IMG/VR virus record: IMGVR_UViG_3300005239_000276
Length of the DNA: 64,000 bases
Reading direction: 5' to 3' (one strand)
Source of the DNA: an uncultured virus (IMG/VR IMGVR_UViG_3300005239_000276)
Taxonomy: Duplodnaviria > Heunggongvirae > Uroviricota > Caudoviricetes
Below the pieces are notes generated by a model that was not told the DNA's origin, did no database searches, and worked only from the letters and a program-made list of their open reading frames with translations. Position 1 is the stretch's first letter; every line of letters starts with the position of its first letter. Of the stretch, positions 39,212 to 51,600 are shown one piece after another. A program made the position numbers and the translations under genes.

Positions 39212-40492
39212 TCAGCAGTTCCACGCTCTAAGGGACTTATTGATTCTGCTATCTGGATCTCTTGCCGTTTTAGCAGAAGTTAACTTCTTTTTCATACCTT
39301 TCATTCTTGCACAGAATGATGCTCTCCTTTTGTTACCTTTCTTTTTAGATGGTGCTTTTAGGTCAGAACCGGGATTTTCTCTTTCATAAGACTTGCGTCC
39401 TTTTTCGTTGAGTCCTCCGGATTTATTTTTACCAGACTTTTTAGTCCAGGCAGCACCTTCTTCTAATTCATTTCTCCAATCAGAGAACTCTTCTTTCTTA
39501 ATTTTTGTTTTGAACTTTCCAAATGGTGTGGGTAGTTCTTCTCCATAATCTCCAGTCTTCTTCTCTACTTTATCATTAGGATCTACATCACCATCGACAT
39601 CATAATCTATTCTCTTTACTGCTTTTGCCGTAAGTTTTTTAAGATTTCCACCACCAACTTTCGATTCTTCTTTTTCTTCATCTACGAATTCTTCCTTCTT
39701 CACACAATTATTTACGACTTTACCAAACATTTTTTTGGTTCCTTTCTTCTCATATCCTTTCCAACACTTCTGACCTTCATCAATCTGTTCTTGTCCACCC
39801 TTAATAGGTTCTGGTTTGATGATATCAACGAACTCATATTCAGTTGCCTGAAAATCATTTCTCCAATCAGAATACTCTACAGACTCTGACTTATTTCCCC
39901 AGTTAGCAGCACCAACCTTACGACACTTTACAAGTGCTCCAGAAGCATATGCAGAAGGCCAAACACTGTATCTACTCTTGACCTTCTTATAACAGGCATC
40001 TTTTTCTCCTGCCTTTTCTATTACAGTTTCTTCTGTCTTCACGTTGATTGCCTTCCCTTTTCTATCTGGATTTGGATCTTGACGTTGCTTTCTATTAAAT
40101 GCTGCCCTCTCTTCATCTTTATCTAGATTTCTTTTCATTTTTGAAGAACCACACTTTGGTTTTGTAGTTTGTCCTGGTTGTTTGGCACAGGGTTTTCCTG
40201 CATATTTACCACCCAATTGAACCCAACCAGGCTTGCCATCACTAGACCTACTCTTGCCAAACCAGTCACGCAAAGAACTATCACCACTTTTCGATTCACT
40301 TACTCCTCCACCATTTCCATTACCACCATTTCCATTACCGTTGGTGTTTTCTCCATTTTCACCATTTTCTCCAGAGTCTTCTCCGTTTTCTTTACGGAGA
40401 TATCCACTAGATGCCACACGATATCCCAATGGAATTCGTTTACATTTTTTATCTGTATAACAATAATAATATCCTTGCTTACACTTTTTCAT
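39212..40492 (-). CDS. Modular basic, Cys-pair-rich protein (candidate protease-processed head polyprotein)
   Basis: Basic modules separated by acidic linkers; SDWRN repeated twice; CTAAATA at 40518-40524. Confidence 0.75.
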   Translation of the reverse strand: MKKCKQGYYYCYTDKKCKRIPLGYRVASSGYLRKENGEDSGENGENGENTNGNGNGGNGNGGGVSESKSGDSSLRDWFGKSRSSDGKPGWVQLGGKYAGKPCAKQPGQTTKPKCGSSKMKRNLDKDEERAAFNRKQRQDPNPDRKGKAINVKTEETVIEKAGEKDACYKKVKSRYSVWPSAYASGALVKCRKVGAANWGNKSESVEYSDWRNDFQATEYEFVDIIKPEPIKGGQEQIDEGQKCWKGYEKKGTKKMFGKVVNNCVKKEEFVDEEKEESKVGGGNLKKLTAKAVKRIDYDVDGDVDPNDKVEKKTGDYGEELPTPFGKFKTKIKKEEFSDWRNELEEGAAWTKKSGKNKSGGLNEKGRKSYERENPGSDLKAPSKKKGNKRRASFCARMKGMKKKLTSAKTARDPDSRINKSLRAWNC

Positions 40493-40506
40493 CGATGAAA
40501 AGTAGT

Positions 40507-40926
40507 CTATTCTTTATTATTTAGAAAACCTTGCTTGAGCATTTTTTGGAGTTCTGATGTAGAACCAACAAAGACTGCATTATTAGTAACATTGTTTGTG
40601 GTCTTCTTAGTTTCGTCTTCTACATCCTTAAGTTTCTTTTGCAAGTCAATTAACTTATCGGTAGTATCAGCAACACTCTTAATCAACTGCCCTGCGACCT
40701 CGTATGCCCTTGGACTGCCTCCTTCCCCTGCTACCTCCATAATGCCGTTAATTGCCTCCTGACCCTTCTCTATGAGGGAGTAGAGGTTCGCACGACTATA
40801 GATATAATCCTTCTCTATATCATCATCCTTCGATTTTATAATCTCCGGTTTTTTGATTGGTTTTGACTCTACAATATCACTATCAATATTCAGAGCCTCA
40901 TCGATTGAATCATAATTATTATTCAT
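40507..40926 (-). CDS. gp16: Terminase small subunit
   Basis: DYIYSRANLYSLIEKGQEA, PRAYEVAGQLIK, FVGSTSELQK. Confidence 0.93.
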   Translation of the reverse strand: MNNNYDSIDEALNIDSDIVESKPIKKPEIIKSKDDDIEKDYIYSRANLYSLIEKGQEAINGIMEVAGEGGSPRAYEVAGQLIKSVADTTDKLIDLQKKLKDVEDETKKTTNNVTNNAVFVGSTSELQKMLKQGFLNNKE

Positions 40927-40931
40927 ATCTA

Positions 40932-41744
40932 TTAAACGTCGGTTTGTTGGGTTGGACTATAATTTTTAGAATCTGAGAAAAATTCCCAACTCTCATTAAA
41001 TCCAAAATCATCACCTGGTTCAACAGGACTTCCTGGTGGAATAGACTCTGGTGTAACTGTATATCTAACTTCACGTTTTGCAGTTGTAGTATTGGTATCA
41101 GTATACAAATCAACTTGAACCTTACGAATAAGACCCTCCGAAGAATCTGCAATAGGACCAAATACATAAGTTTTTGCAGTAAATCTTAATGTATAAATTA
41201 ATGCTCTTCTTGTAGAAAAATCTCCTTCATAATCATCTTGAAAATCAATATTATCCATAACTATAGGTACATCTTTTTTCTCTCCAATAGAATCTACTAA
41301 ATCTATTGTTAGATTGAATGATGGTTGAAAAAATGGTAAAATTTGTTCAACGATTTGTAAAGCATCATCACTTAACTTTGCATAGATACTCAGTTCGAAA
41401 GAAATGTTATAAGGAACAGGCATATAAACTTTCTTTGCACTTCCATCTTTGTCACATGTTCTGAAAGTTTGGGTAATTCCTGTTTTTCTTGAAGGATCAT
41501 ATTGCAACCCGGTCATCTCAAATGACATTCTTGGTAGAGTAATTGCAATAGGTTTTGAAAGATCCGCCTGTTGTTGAATTTTTGCTAAAAACTTTTGTGT
41601 TGGTCCATAACTCAAACCTACTTTGGTTTCGTCAGCAACACTTCCATCTTTATTTAAATGTTTAATGTAAATATTATTAAACAGTGTTCCAAAACCAATA
41701 ATAGTTTTTCTTATTATTTCATTATAAAAATAAGTACCTAACAT
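40932..41744 (-). CDS. gp15: Tail sheath stabiliser/completion protein
   Basis: YFYNEIIRKTIIGFGTLFN, LPRMSFE, QIVEQILPFF, DDYEGDF. Confidence 0.93.
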   Translation of the reverse strand: MLGTYFYNEIIRKTIIGFGTLFNNIYIKHLNKDGSVADETKVGLSYGPTQKFLAKIQQQADLSKPIAITLPRMSFEMTGLQYDPSRKTGITQTFRTCDKDGSAKKVYMPVPYNISFELSIYAKLSDDALQIVEQILPFFQPSFNLTIDLVDSIGEKKDVPIVMDNIDFQDDYEGDFSTRRALIYTLRFTAKTYVFGPIADSSEGLIRKVQVDLYTDTNTTTAKREVRYTVTPESIPPGSPVEPGDDFGFNESWEFFSDSKNYSPTQQTDV

Positions 41745-43181
41745 TAATATTCTCCAAAGGGATTTTTCTCAGTAAAATCTAATATATTATCTGCTTCTAT
41801 CTCAAATTCTTCATTTTTATCGTAAGATTCTTCATAACTATTATTATCATATGATTTAAGTATATATCTTGCAGAAGATGCTGAACCAACAATAATTTCT
41901 CCAGGAGAAAATTGTCCATTATTAATTGCAACTCTAAGATCACCAGGTGGATTATTAATATCCAAATCTGTTCGTAAATTATAATATCTAACTTCTGCAG
42001 TTGTTCCAGAAAGAGAACCAGTAACAGTTTCGTTATAAAGATATGTTCCACCAACACTTATTGTAGAGGCAGAAGAAATTTGTACTACTGGTGCTTGTGT
42101 ATATCCAAATCCAGCATTTATTATTCGGATTCCTGTAATTTTTCCAGTAGATGAGTTAAATACTGCCTTTGCAATCGCAGTTTGTCCAATTGATGGACCA
42201 GCAACAGTGACAGTCGGTTCAGAGTAATATTCAGAACCATTATTTGATATTGTGAATTTATTTATAGAACCATTTGTAACTATACAAGTTGCTGCAGCTC
42301 CTGCACCTCCACCTCCAGTAATTGTTATCAATGGAGGGTTTGAAATATTATATCCACGTCCTCCAAATGTAATTTCTATAGATTCTATAGACTTTGCACC
42401 ACCGATAGATGTTGTAATTGCAACTGCAGTTGCATTATCTAGAGGATCTCCAGTTGGTGAACCTGAAATATTAATTGTTGGTATTGAAGAATATGAAGAT
42501 CCATCATCATTTATTATAATTTTACTTACAACACCATCATCAATTGATGAAGTTGCTGAGGCATTTGTTTGATTTCCTCCTAATATTAAAGATGTAATGT
42601 ATCCCTCATCTTTTACAGTTTCATCAATTTCTGTAATTGATGTATCAATATCTTCATTTTCATATTCATAAAGTTCACATTGCAATTCGTAAACATAATT
42701 TTTTCCTAATTGATAAAAAGGTTTTTCAAATTCTACTCTTTTTATTTCAAATAATCTTTCTCCCTAAAGGAAAATAAATTAAATCTCCTTCTTTTGGTCT
42801 AGATACAAATTCAATATCATAATCTTGAATGTTTTTATGATGAACTCCTTGATCTCTTGCCTGAAGAAATGGTGTTATAAATTCTTCAAATCTTTCTTTT
42901 GAAATAACTAAATTGATTTCATTTTTTAATCTTAAACCAAATTTAGTCATTATGTCACTACCAGGAGAATATCCTTCATAATTTTCAAGATATGCCTCCA
43001 ATATAAAATTATCATCAAATTTTGATGTTTCCACCTCATTTAAAATATTATCGGACCTCATGAACTTTCTAGGAAGATAATAAACATCTATACCATATAT
43101 TTTTAACTGCTCATTTATTAAATCTTGAATTAAGTATTGTTCATTAGAAGAACCTTGTAGAAAAAATGGATTTAATGCCAT
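41744..43181 (-). CDS. gp14: Neck protein gp14 with inserted Gly/Thr-rich repeats (apparent extra G near 42763)
   Basis: MALNPFFLQG, TKFGL, RPKEGDLIYFPL; LFEIKRVEFEKPFYQLGKNYVYEL continues in the other frame; ends DFTEKNPFG. Confidence 0.9.
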
Positions 43182-43183
43182 GA

Positions 43184-44023
43184 TTATCCTATAAAATCTA
43201 AAGGTGGCAATTCATATTCTGATGACATTCTTTGTTTAATATCATCTAAATCTCTCTGAGCGTCATCATACATTTGTCTTCCATTTAATTCGATTCCTCC
43301 AGGGAGTCTAACTCCATTAAATTTTATTAAATTTTGACCCCATTGTCTTTTTATAAGTGCAGTCAGATATTTTTTTACAAATGAGTCATTATATATTTGA
43401 GTAAAAGACTCTGGATCCAATGCTCTATAGCAATCTATAACAAAAAATGTATCTTTATTTTGTGCTTTCCAATCTATATCCAAATATAGTCTATCTTGTC
43501 TTTTGTTGAATCTTACTTGCTTATCTGTAGTTAATAAAAAATCAATATCTTCTAAGTATCTTTTTGTCATTGAATAAGTCAATAAATCAACAGAACTAAA
43601 ATAATATAAATCATTTAAAAAAAGTTGATATTTAATACTAAACATTCCTCCAGATATTGTACTGGTATCAAATTTAAATATTTTTTCAATTCCTATCACA
43701 GAATCTGGAACTTGAATATAATTTGAATTCTCGTAAAAATTAAATGTAGTTGCAGTGCCAACTATTGTTGATGTTCCGGTTGTTGTTACAATTCCAACTC
43801 CATCAGTTCCACTTGCTCTACCTCTATCAATATCATCTTGAGAAACTTTATATTTTAGATACATTCTTTCAACTCCATCATAATGACGTTCGTTGAAATA
43901 TTGAATAGTATCGTCAAGCAGATCGTCAATTTGTTCATCTGCTACATTAATTTCTAATACAGGAGCTCCAAGTTGTCTTAAACAATAATCAATTAATCCT
44001 TGTTTTGTATTTGGTTTAGACAC
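43184..44023 (-). CDS. gp13: Neck protein gp13
   Basis: YCLRQLGAPVLEINV, KRQWGQNLIKF, LPGGIELNG. Confidence 0.94.
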   Translation of the reverse strand: MSKPNTKQGLIDYCLRQLGAPVLEINVADEQIDDLLDDTIQYFNERHYDGVERMYLKYKVSQDDIDRGRASGTDGVGIVTTTGTSTIVGTATTFNFYENSNYIQVPDSVIGIEKIFKFDTSTISGGMFSIKYQLFLNDLYYFSSVDLLTYSMTKRYLEDIDFLLTTDKQVRFNKRQDRLYLDIDWKAQNKDTFFVIDCYRALDPESFTQIYNDSFVKKYLTALIKRQWGQNLIKFNGVRLPGGIELNGRQMYDDAQRDLDDIKQRMSSEYELPPLDFIG

Positions 44024-45075
44024 TAGTATTCTCCTCCATCAATAGTGCTTGTCCATACAGGAGTTCCTATTCCTGCAATTTCTAGTGTTGTTAGTATATA
44101 GTTACTTGTTGAAACTGAAGATTCTGTACTGAGTCCACTAACAAGTTTTCCACTATTATCAAAATAGGCAACTCCATTTGGTCCATTATAATCATCAGCA
44201 TCATAATAAAGACCTTCAGTTACTGATACAAATCCAACAATATTTAAACTACTTAAATCATTTAAAAATGTAGTTGTTCCGGATACAAATAAATTATTGG
44301 TACTTGTTATTCCAGATACAAATACACTATCATTAATATCTACAAAACCATTAAAAGTTGATATACCAGATATGAATAAAGAATCTGCAGATAAAGTATT
44401 TGAGAAAAATCCATTTCTCCATCTTTTTGTTTCACTACCTAAATCATAAGAATTATCATCATTTGGTGTTAAATTTGATATAAACTCACCACCAATATTA
44501 ATATCATCAGTATCTTGATCACCAATATTAATTGTGCCACCTCTAAAAGTAGCAACACCTATAAATTCGGATGATCCTTGAACATAAAAACCACCACCAA
44601 CGGTAAGATTTTTATTAATTCCAACACCACCATCAATCTGAAAAGCACCAGTGTCTGGGTTACCTAAAGTATTTTCAATAGTTCCTTGAACTAATCCACT
44701 ATTAAAAGTTGCTGAAGAAAATACTGATAGACCTGCTCCAACAGTCAAATTTTTATCAATTCCAACACCACCATCAATCTGAACAGATCCTGTATTAGAA
44801 TCTCCTAAAATATTATCAGTAGTATTTGTATAGTAAGCAATTCCACCAATTGTAGACGATGCAGAATCAATGACACTTGTCATTATAAAAGTCTGAGTCG
44901 GAAGATCCCAAACAAGGATTAATCCATCTTCGGTTCTTAATTGAATTTACATCATTTAAATCAATCAATCTTGTTGGCGTACTTGATGCATTAGATAATA
45001 CACGAGATACGTTTTGTTGACCAACTCTAGCTTTTACTACTGATGATTGTTTAACAGACCTCTTATTGTTGGCAT
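44023..45075 (-). CDS. Fibre-like virion protein (apparent frameshift near 44940; true start likely ATG 45075)
   Basis: MPTIRRSV...ARVGQQNVSRVLSN; duplicated QIDGGVGIxKNLTVG repeat (44618-44642 and 44759-44783); YDLGSETKRW; ends IDGGEY. Confidence 0.75.
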
Positions 45076-45410
45076 TACCTAGTTACTCCCGGTCTAACTA
45101 GTGCAGTTCCCTCCACCAATTTAAGTACATCAGTCCCATTAGTTGCTTTAATATCATAAACATATCTACCACTTTTTAACTCGGATGTTTCTGTAGAAGC
45201 TAGTGATATTCTAACTTCTCCTCCAGTGGCATCTACTATCGATGAATTAAAAGAAACAGAAGTAGAAGAAGTATATGTTTTTCTGAGTTTAGAATCTACA
45301 GTGTAACCACTTAAATTTAAAAAATTTGTTGTAAATACATCTTCCAGTATAAAATTAGTGTTAAAATTAAATCCTTGCTCAATTACTATATTTGATACAA
45401 ATACTGCCAT
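45075..45410 (-). CDS. Conserved virion-associated protein (BppU-N-like)
   Basis: NIVIEQG, LSGYT, LKSGRYVYDI, VEGTALVRPGVTR; TATAAATA at 45439-45446. Confidence 0.75.
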   Translation of the reverse strand: MAVFVSNIVIEQGFNFNTNFILEDVFTTNFLNLSGYTVDSKLRKTYTSSTSVSFNSSIVDATGGEVRISLASTETSELKSGRYVYDIKATNGTDVLKLVEGTALVRPGVTR

Positions 45411-45463
45411 TATTCAGATGAGCATATGTTCTTTTAGATATTTATATTAAATAATAAATCATA

Positions 45464-45667
45464 CTATTTTTTGAGAAAATCTTTCAGGAGATTTTTTATT
45501 TCCTGAATATCATTTTTCATTTCATCAATTTCTTTTTTTTGTGCTTCTTTAGAATTAATTCTGTTAATTCTTTGATTATAACTGATAGTATCGCAATTTA
45601 TAATAGAACCAGTTTCCTCATCTCTATAAAGATGAGGATGGTCTTTAACTTTTACTAATTTTTTCAT
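45464..45667 (-). CDS. Conserved small coiled-coil protein
   Basis: VKDHPHLYRDEETGSIIN...EMKNDIQEIKNLL. Confidence 0.75.
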   Translation of the reverse strand: MKKLVKVKDHPHLYRDEETGSIINCDTISYNQRINRINSKEAQKKEIDEMKNDIQEIKNLLKDFLKK

Positions 45668-48600
45668 TTCACTGCAATTGCTCTCAGATCTCTAATAATT
45701 GGGGCATTTGATTGATCTGTTCCTGCCATGATAATTTTAATCGCAAATCCACTAAAATCTGGAAGATCATTTGCAGTGAATTCGTATTGCAGAAACTGTC
45801 CATCTGAACTTGCAGGAACTTCAATATCTTCTCTTCCATTATTTAATACAGGATCTATAACTTCTAAATCTCCATCTGAAGAGGACTTTAGATTTTCAAA
45901 TCCTGGAAATAATTCAAATTCTTGTGGAACTTCTGAAGAATCATCTCTTACTAAATTATAAAGAACTCTAATATCAGAGGAAAAAGGTCTATATGCAGTT
46001 AAAATGACTTTTAAAGAAGATGCTGGTTTAGAAAGAGTTGTTACATTAGATACATAAATGGCAGCATGTGGATCATTTTGAGGAGAACCAACTAAAGAAC
46101 TTAATTCAAAATTATCTACGGGTGCATTTAAGAAGTCAGAAGAAAACTCTACTGTAGAATCATTTAAGAAAATGATTGGAGAAAGATTTTCATCAGTAGT
46201 ACTTAATGTTAAAGCAGAAGTAAATGATCTTCTTCCTGATACATTATCAAATGCATTTTGATTTAACTCATTTACTCTAGAACATATCATTCTAAAAGAA
46301 CTTAATTCATTATTTCCATCTAAAGAAATAGGTTCGACTTCATTTAGTAATTGGAATGATGTTTCTGATCCATCTATACTAGTAGCTGTTGTTGTCCTAA
46401 TAACACCAGTTACAGATGTTTCTTTTCCTGGAGAATTTATATCAAATTTAGGAGTTAATCTATTATATGTAAGATTTTCAGTTGCTCTTATTTGAGATCC
46501 ACCACCTTGAATTTGACTTGAAAAAGATACTTGTGGAAGTGTGCTATCAGAAGATCGATCCAATCCGTTAGAAGATCTATCAATTTCAATAAAATATTGG
46601 TCTGCAGAAATTATAACATCTGAAATGTCATATGTTACTCCATTAATTCTTCTTAATGACATTCCAACAAATTCATATTTACTTATTGGAGAATTAATTT
46701 CATGATCTTCGATAACTCCTTCAACTCCTCTACTTTGTATAGATAACTGATTTGAAGTAACTGAATTATAAGAAATTATTTCATCACCAATTCTAACATA
46801 ACCTAAATTGCTTCCATCAACCGCAAAACCTTCAAAAGTTTCAAATATTGAAGAATCTTCAACTTGAATTGATGTTGTATTTGTAGATAATAAAGTTTCA
46901 GTTAAAATTGTAGGACTGACATCAGATTCAACATCATAAATTTTTAATTTATTATTATTAGCAAACATTCCATGGTTGAAATGATTTACCTGCAAATAAT
47001 TGCCAGATTCTACTCCTGTTCCTTCTATTAATCTAGTAATGACTGTAGAACCTAAAGAAACTATTGTAGATTCTGTATCAGCATAACTTAATCCAATACC
47101 AACTTCAAATGCTTTTCCAGATCCCAATTCACCTTGAACATTTGTAACATATAAAGTATCTATACCAGCAATTTCAGAAATAGTTATGACACCACCAACA
47201 CCAGTAAACGAACCATCACTATTATCTATTGAAACTATATCACCAGCAGCATATCCAAATCCTGGATCTGTAATAGTCACTGAGTTTATTGTGCCAACAC
47301 CACTTACACTAAAATTAAGTTTTAATCCACTTCCATTACCTACAATTGGTTTTGTAGAAACATCTGTTTGACCTTGATAATTTTCTCCTCCATTATCAAT
47401 TGATACTGCTGAAACAGAACATCCAGTAGAAATAATGTTTGCCGAACTTCCTTCAATTGATCCAAAAATTTTTCTTCCTGGTGAAAGAATATCAATTAAT
47501 GAATTGCCTGTGGGAACAGTAGTAATTCCAATTACTGCTGCCTTAGGAAATGTGTTTATGGCATTAGTTTCTAAAATTTTAATATAATTACTAGATTCGC
47601 CCAAAGGTGGATTTCCAAAGAATGCTATTCCAGTATTAGAAGTAAACTGTGCTTTATAAAGTTTAAATTTCAGATCTGATTCTTGTTCTGGAGTCCAGAT
47701 AGAACCATTCTGAGATTTAAACAAACTACCAATTGCAAATTGCTTGGTATATCTATTAGAACCAGAAGTATTAGGATTTACAGTATCTTCTCCAATCTTT
47801 GCAGTCCATACCTCATACTTATCTGATGTTGGTGCAAGAAGAACTAAAGCATATTCTTTTCCTGGTGCTAAGAATATTGGATAATTGAAAGTAACTGTTG
47901 TTGCAATTTCTCCATTTGAAGATATATTAATATCTTCAGGATATAGTGTTACGGGCTCTCCTAAAAGTGTTAATGTTGGAGTTCCCAATTCAACTGTTCT
48001 TATTTCAACAATTAGAGGTTCATTTCCTGTTGGTTTATTTGCAGCAAATATATCAACAGCAGTTAGATATGCTCCATTATCATCATCATTTTGACCATTA
48101 AAATTGGGTGCTTGAATATCCTTACCGACAGTAAAGGATTGAGCCAAAGGATCTCTTCTTATTGCAGTAACAAAAGTTCTTCTAGATTGAGTTGTTCCTT
48201 CTGCAATATATGTTGTATCACCAAAAGAATTACTACTACTTCCAGGAATTTCTATTACATTATTTTTGGAACTTGTAAGTTTGAAAGTCTTTTTGCCAGT
48301 TAAAATTCTAGGATTTGGTGCTGGACTAGAATATGGGTCTTTTATGAAGAATGAACCAAATACTGTTCCATCAACATCAGAAACTAGTCTTAAATCTTTA
48401 ACATAAGCAATTGCTTTACTACTTTGACCAACTATTTTAGCACCTATTTTAAGATATCCAAAAAAGTTTCCTTGAGCTTCCGCAGATAATGAAACCAGAT
48501 CTATATTAATAGTTTTTGATGATTGACTATATGATGAAGGAATAGATTCTTCTCTAAAATATGGATTATTAGTATAAATTTTATCAGGAGAATTAAAAAT

Positions 48601-51600
48601 TCCAGATCTATGATTTGAGGAAGCAAGTCTAAATGTACCTATCTTTTTATTTGCAGAATAAACATTAATAGTTTCTCCTACAGAAAATGAAGAGTTTGAA
48701 GATCCGAATGATTCTAAAGTTGTGCTATTAGAAATTTCTACTAATTTCGGAATTATATCAATATTACTATGACTATCAAAGAATGCATAGTGTCTCGTGA
48801 ATGGTTTGAAAGATTCTCCAAAGAAAGAAACATTTCTGGATCTAATATACTTTTCAGCTACTGAACTAACAATAATGTTTCTAGTAATTGGTCTGAAGAA
48901 GGGGTAGTAATATAGATACCTACGTCTATATCTAGAATAATACCTATATCGACCGTAGGGGTAATAGTAATATGATCCGTAACGATAGTAAGAATAATAC
49001 GAATAATACGAATAATAAGGTCTTCTATAGTAATAATAGTAAGGTCTATAATACCTATATCTGTAATAACCATATCTATAGTATTTTTTGTAGTATCGAT
49101 ACCCAAAATAACTATATCTCCATCTTCCACGATAACTATAGAATCTATGGAATGTTAATGTAGGAAGTGAAATTGTTCTAGTCCAATTATCAGAACTAGG
49201 TAATAATGTAATACTACCAGTATATTCAATTACATTAAATGGATTTACATTTTCTACTCTAGTTGCTAATGATTGTTCAATCCATCCAACTGAAGTATAC
49301 TTAAGTGTAATTACATTTCCGGTTTTTTGGACATTTGGATCCAATAATTCAAAGTTTTCTGATAAATCTAGTTTGTCTTCTGATATTTCTGTTGCAGGGA
49401 TAGGTGTTAATTGTAGAGAATTCGATATAATTCTAGGTCTTAGAACACCATCTGAAATTGTTGCATTAGTTAAATTTTCATCAGACAAAGTGATATCATT
49501 AAAATCATCTACAAAAAATCCAGATTTAAATCTATTATTTCCATCGGAATCTTCAATTCTTAAAGATTCGGTATTTATTTCAAGAAGACTAAGTGAAGTT
49601 AATCTTTCAACACTTTCTATTCTTTCCTCCAAATCACCAATATCTCTCATTGTATATCTTCTATTATCAGAAATAGAAATACTAGCATCTTGAATATTAT
49701 ACAAATAAGCTGGAAGTGTTATCTCAGCTAGATCCATCAAAGTTTCATCACCATTAAGAGGTGTAATTGGATCTTTTGAAGGAATTCCTTTATCTACGAT
49801 TAAATTGCCAAATTTATCTAGATATACTTTATCAATTCTTGGTAGATAAAAACTATATCCAATTGTAGATGATTCATCGGGTTTTAAATTATATTTAATT
49901 GAATTGGAGTTAAATACTCTAGATTCAAAAGCAAAAGGGGAAGATGTTGCAGTACTTACATCAAAATTTTGTACTCTAGGTCTAAAATCAAGAACATCTG
50001 ATGCTCTATCATTTTGTGTACCTATCGTAGGAATATCATCAGAAAATCTGTCAGAATCATAACTTAATACAGTAAATACGTCACCATTATCTGAAGAAGG
50101 AACTTTATAATAATCATAAACAATCAGAAGTTTTCTTTCTGGTACAGATCTATTAGTTCTAAGTATTCTTGAGTAATCATAATATTGACTTTTTTGCCCT
50201 TTATCTAGTGAAAATGTATCAGTTATATTCTTATAACTTCCCGTAGTAATTTTTTTTATATTGGAAACAACATTTGAATCGGAAAAAGTAACCTCTTCAC
50301 CTAAAGAAAAAGTTTCCTCATTCAAGTAAACTATTCCAATATTATTTACCGGAACAGAAGGTGTAGAAGAAGAATTTAAAACTACTCTAGCAACTGCCCC
50401 ACTATCAGATCCAATAATTTTTTCTCCAATTATTGCATTAGAATCTACATTTGAGATTGAAGAAAATTCAATCTTATCCAATACAGGATCTAATGTATTT
50501 GTTGACTCATAAACTGCTATCACTTCAGATACATCGGGAACATCTAAAGAAATTTCATCGTCTTGAACTCTAAGTCCATAATATGGACTGTATGTAAGAC
50601 CATCATTTATAGAATCACTAGTTGCTGCTCCAGATCTTACTAATCTTGAAAGATTTACAATCTTAACAGCACTTTTTTGATATTCTTTAATTTTACTTTG
50701 AATATTATTTTTATTAAGAGTTGTATTTACGACAACATTAGACTGATTAGTAGATAATCCTATAATTGTTACTGTATTGGTGTTAAGGTCTACTGAAAAT
50801 CTATCTGAAGTTATAGTGCCAATTCCTCCATTGGCATAATGTACAGAATACCTTTCTTGATCAAAAAGTTCGAAAGATGCATTATCAATTCCAGATATAC
50901 TTGATAAGTTGAAAGTTAGTGCTCCATTAGCATCTGTATTTTCTCCTACTATTTGTTGTGATATTGTCAATTCAGAACTAGAGAGATTTACTGAAGAAAT
51001 ATCATCTTCCAAAAGTTTTGCATAAAGAAATGCATTTTCATTATTTTTTAATTCTGGAATTTTTAGTTGTGCATTATAATTCCCATTACCTATTAACTCA
51101 CCATCAAATACTCCTGCGACAGTGGTTATTCCGGATATTGTAAATGAAGATAAATCTGGAGAAATTGTATCGATTTTATTATATTTTAAATTTCCACCCT
51201 CTATTACTTGGACAATATCTCCAATATCAACTCCTGAAAATAATTTTCCTGGACTTGTGACTGTGCCAGAACTTACATTAACTTCACTAATTCCATTGGA
51301 AAAATTTTTAGTATCTAGAATTGAATTTGCAGAAAAACTTGCAAATCCGGAAATACCTGACTGCGAAACGGATTTAATATCTTTAATTCCATAAACCACA
51401 GAATTTGAAACTGTTAGTGCAAAATCTACTCCATTAACAGATAATTGCTCACCTTGAGAAAAAGTTCCTGATGTTTGACTGAGATTTAAATTTGTTGTTG
51501 ATCCTGAAGAAACAATATATCCACTTGCTCCACTACTTCTTCCTTGTATATATGAAGAAGTTGGAATTTCAGAAGCAGTTACAGATCTATTAAAAGTTAT

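Noticed and set aside
42690..42770. gp14 split into two genes
   Set aside because: An extra G in a G run; removing it restores PLGERLFEI.
48858..49163. Overlapping Ile-rich ORFs in other frames of the Tyr-rich segment
   Set aside because: Expected shadows of TAT/TAC-rich low-complexity DNA with no RBS; the main frame is uninterrupted.
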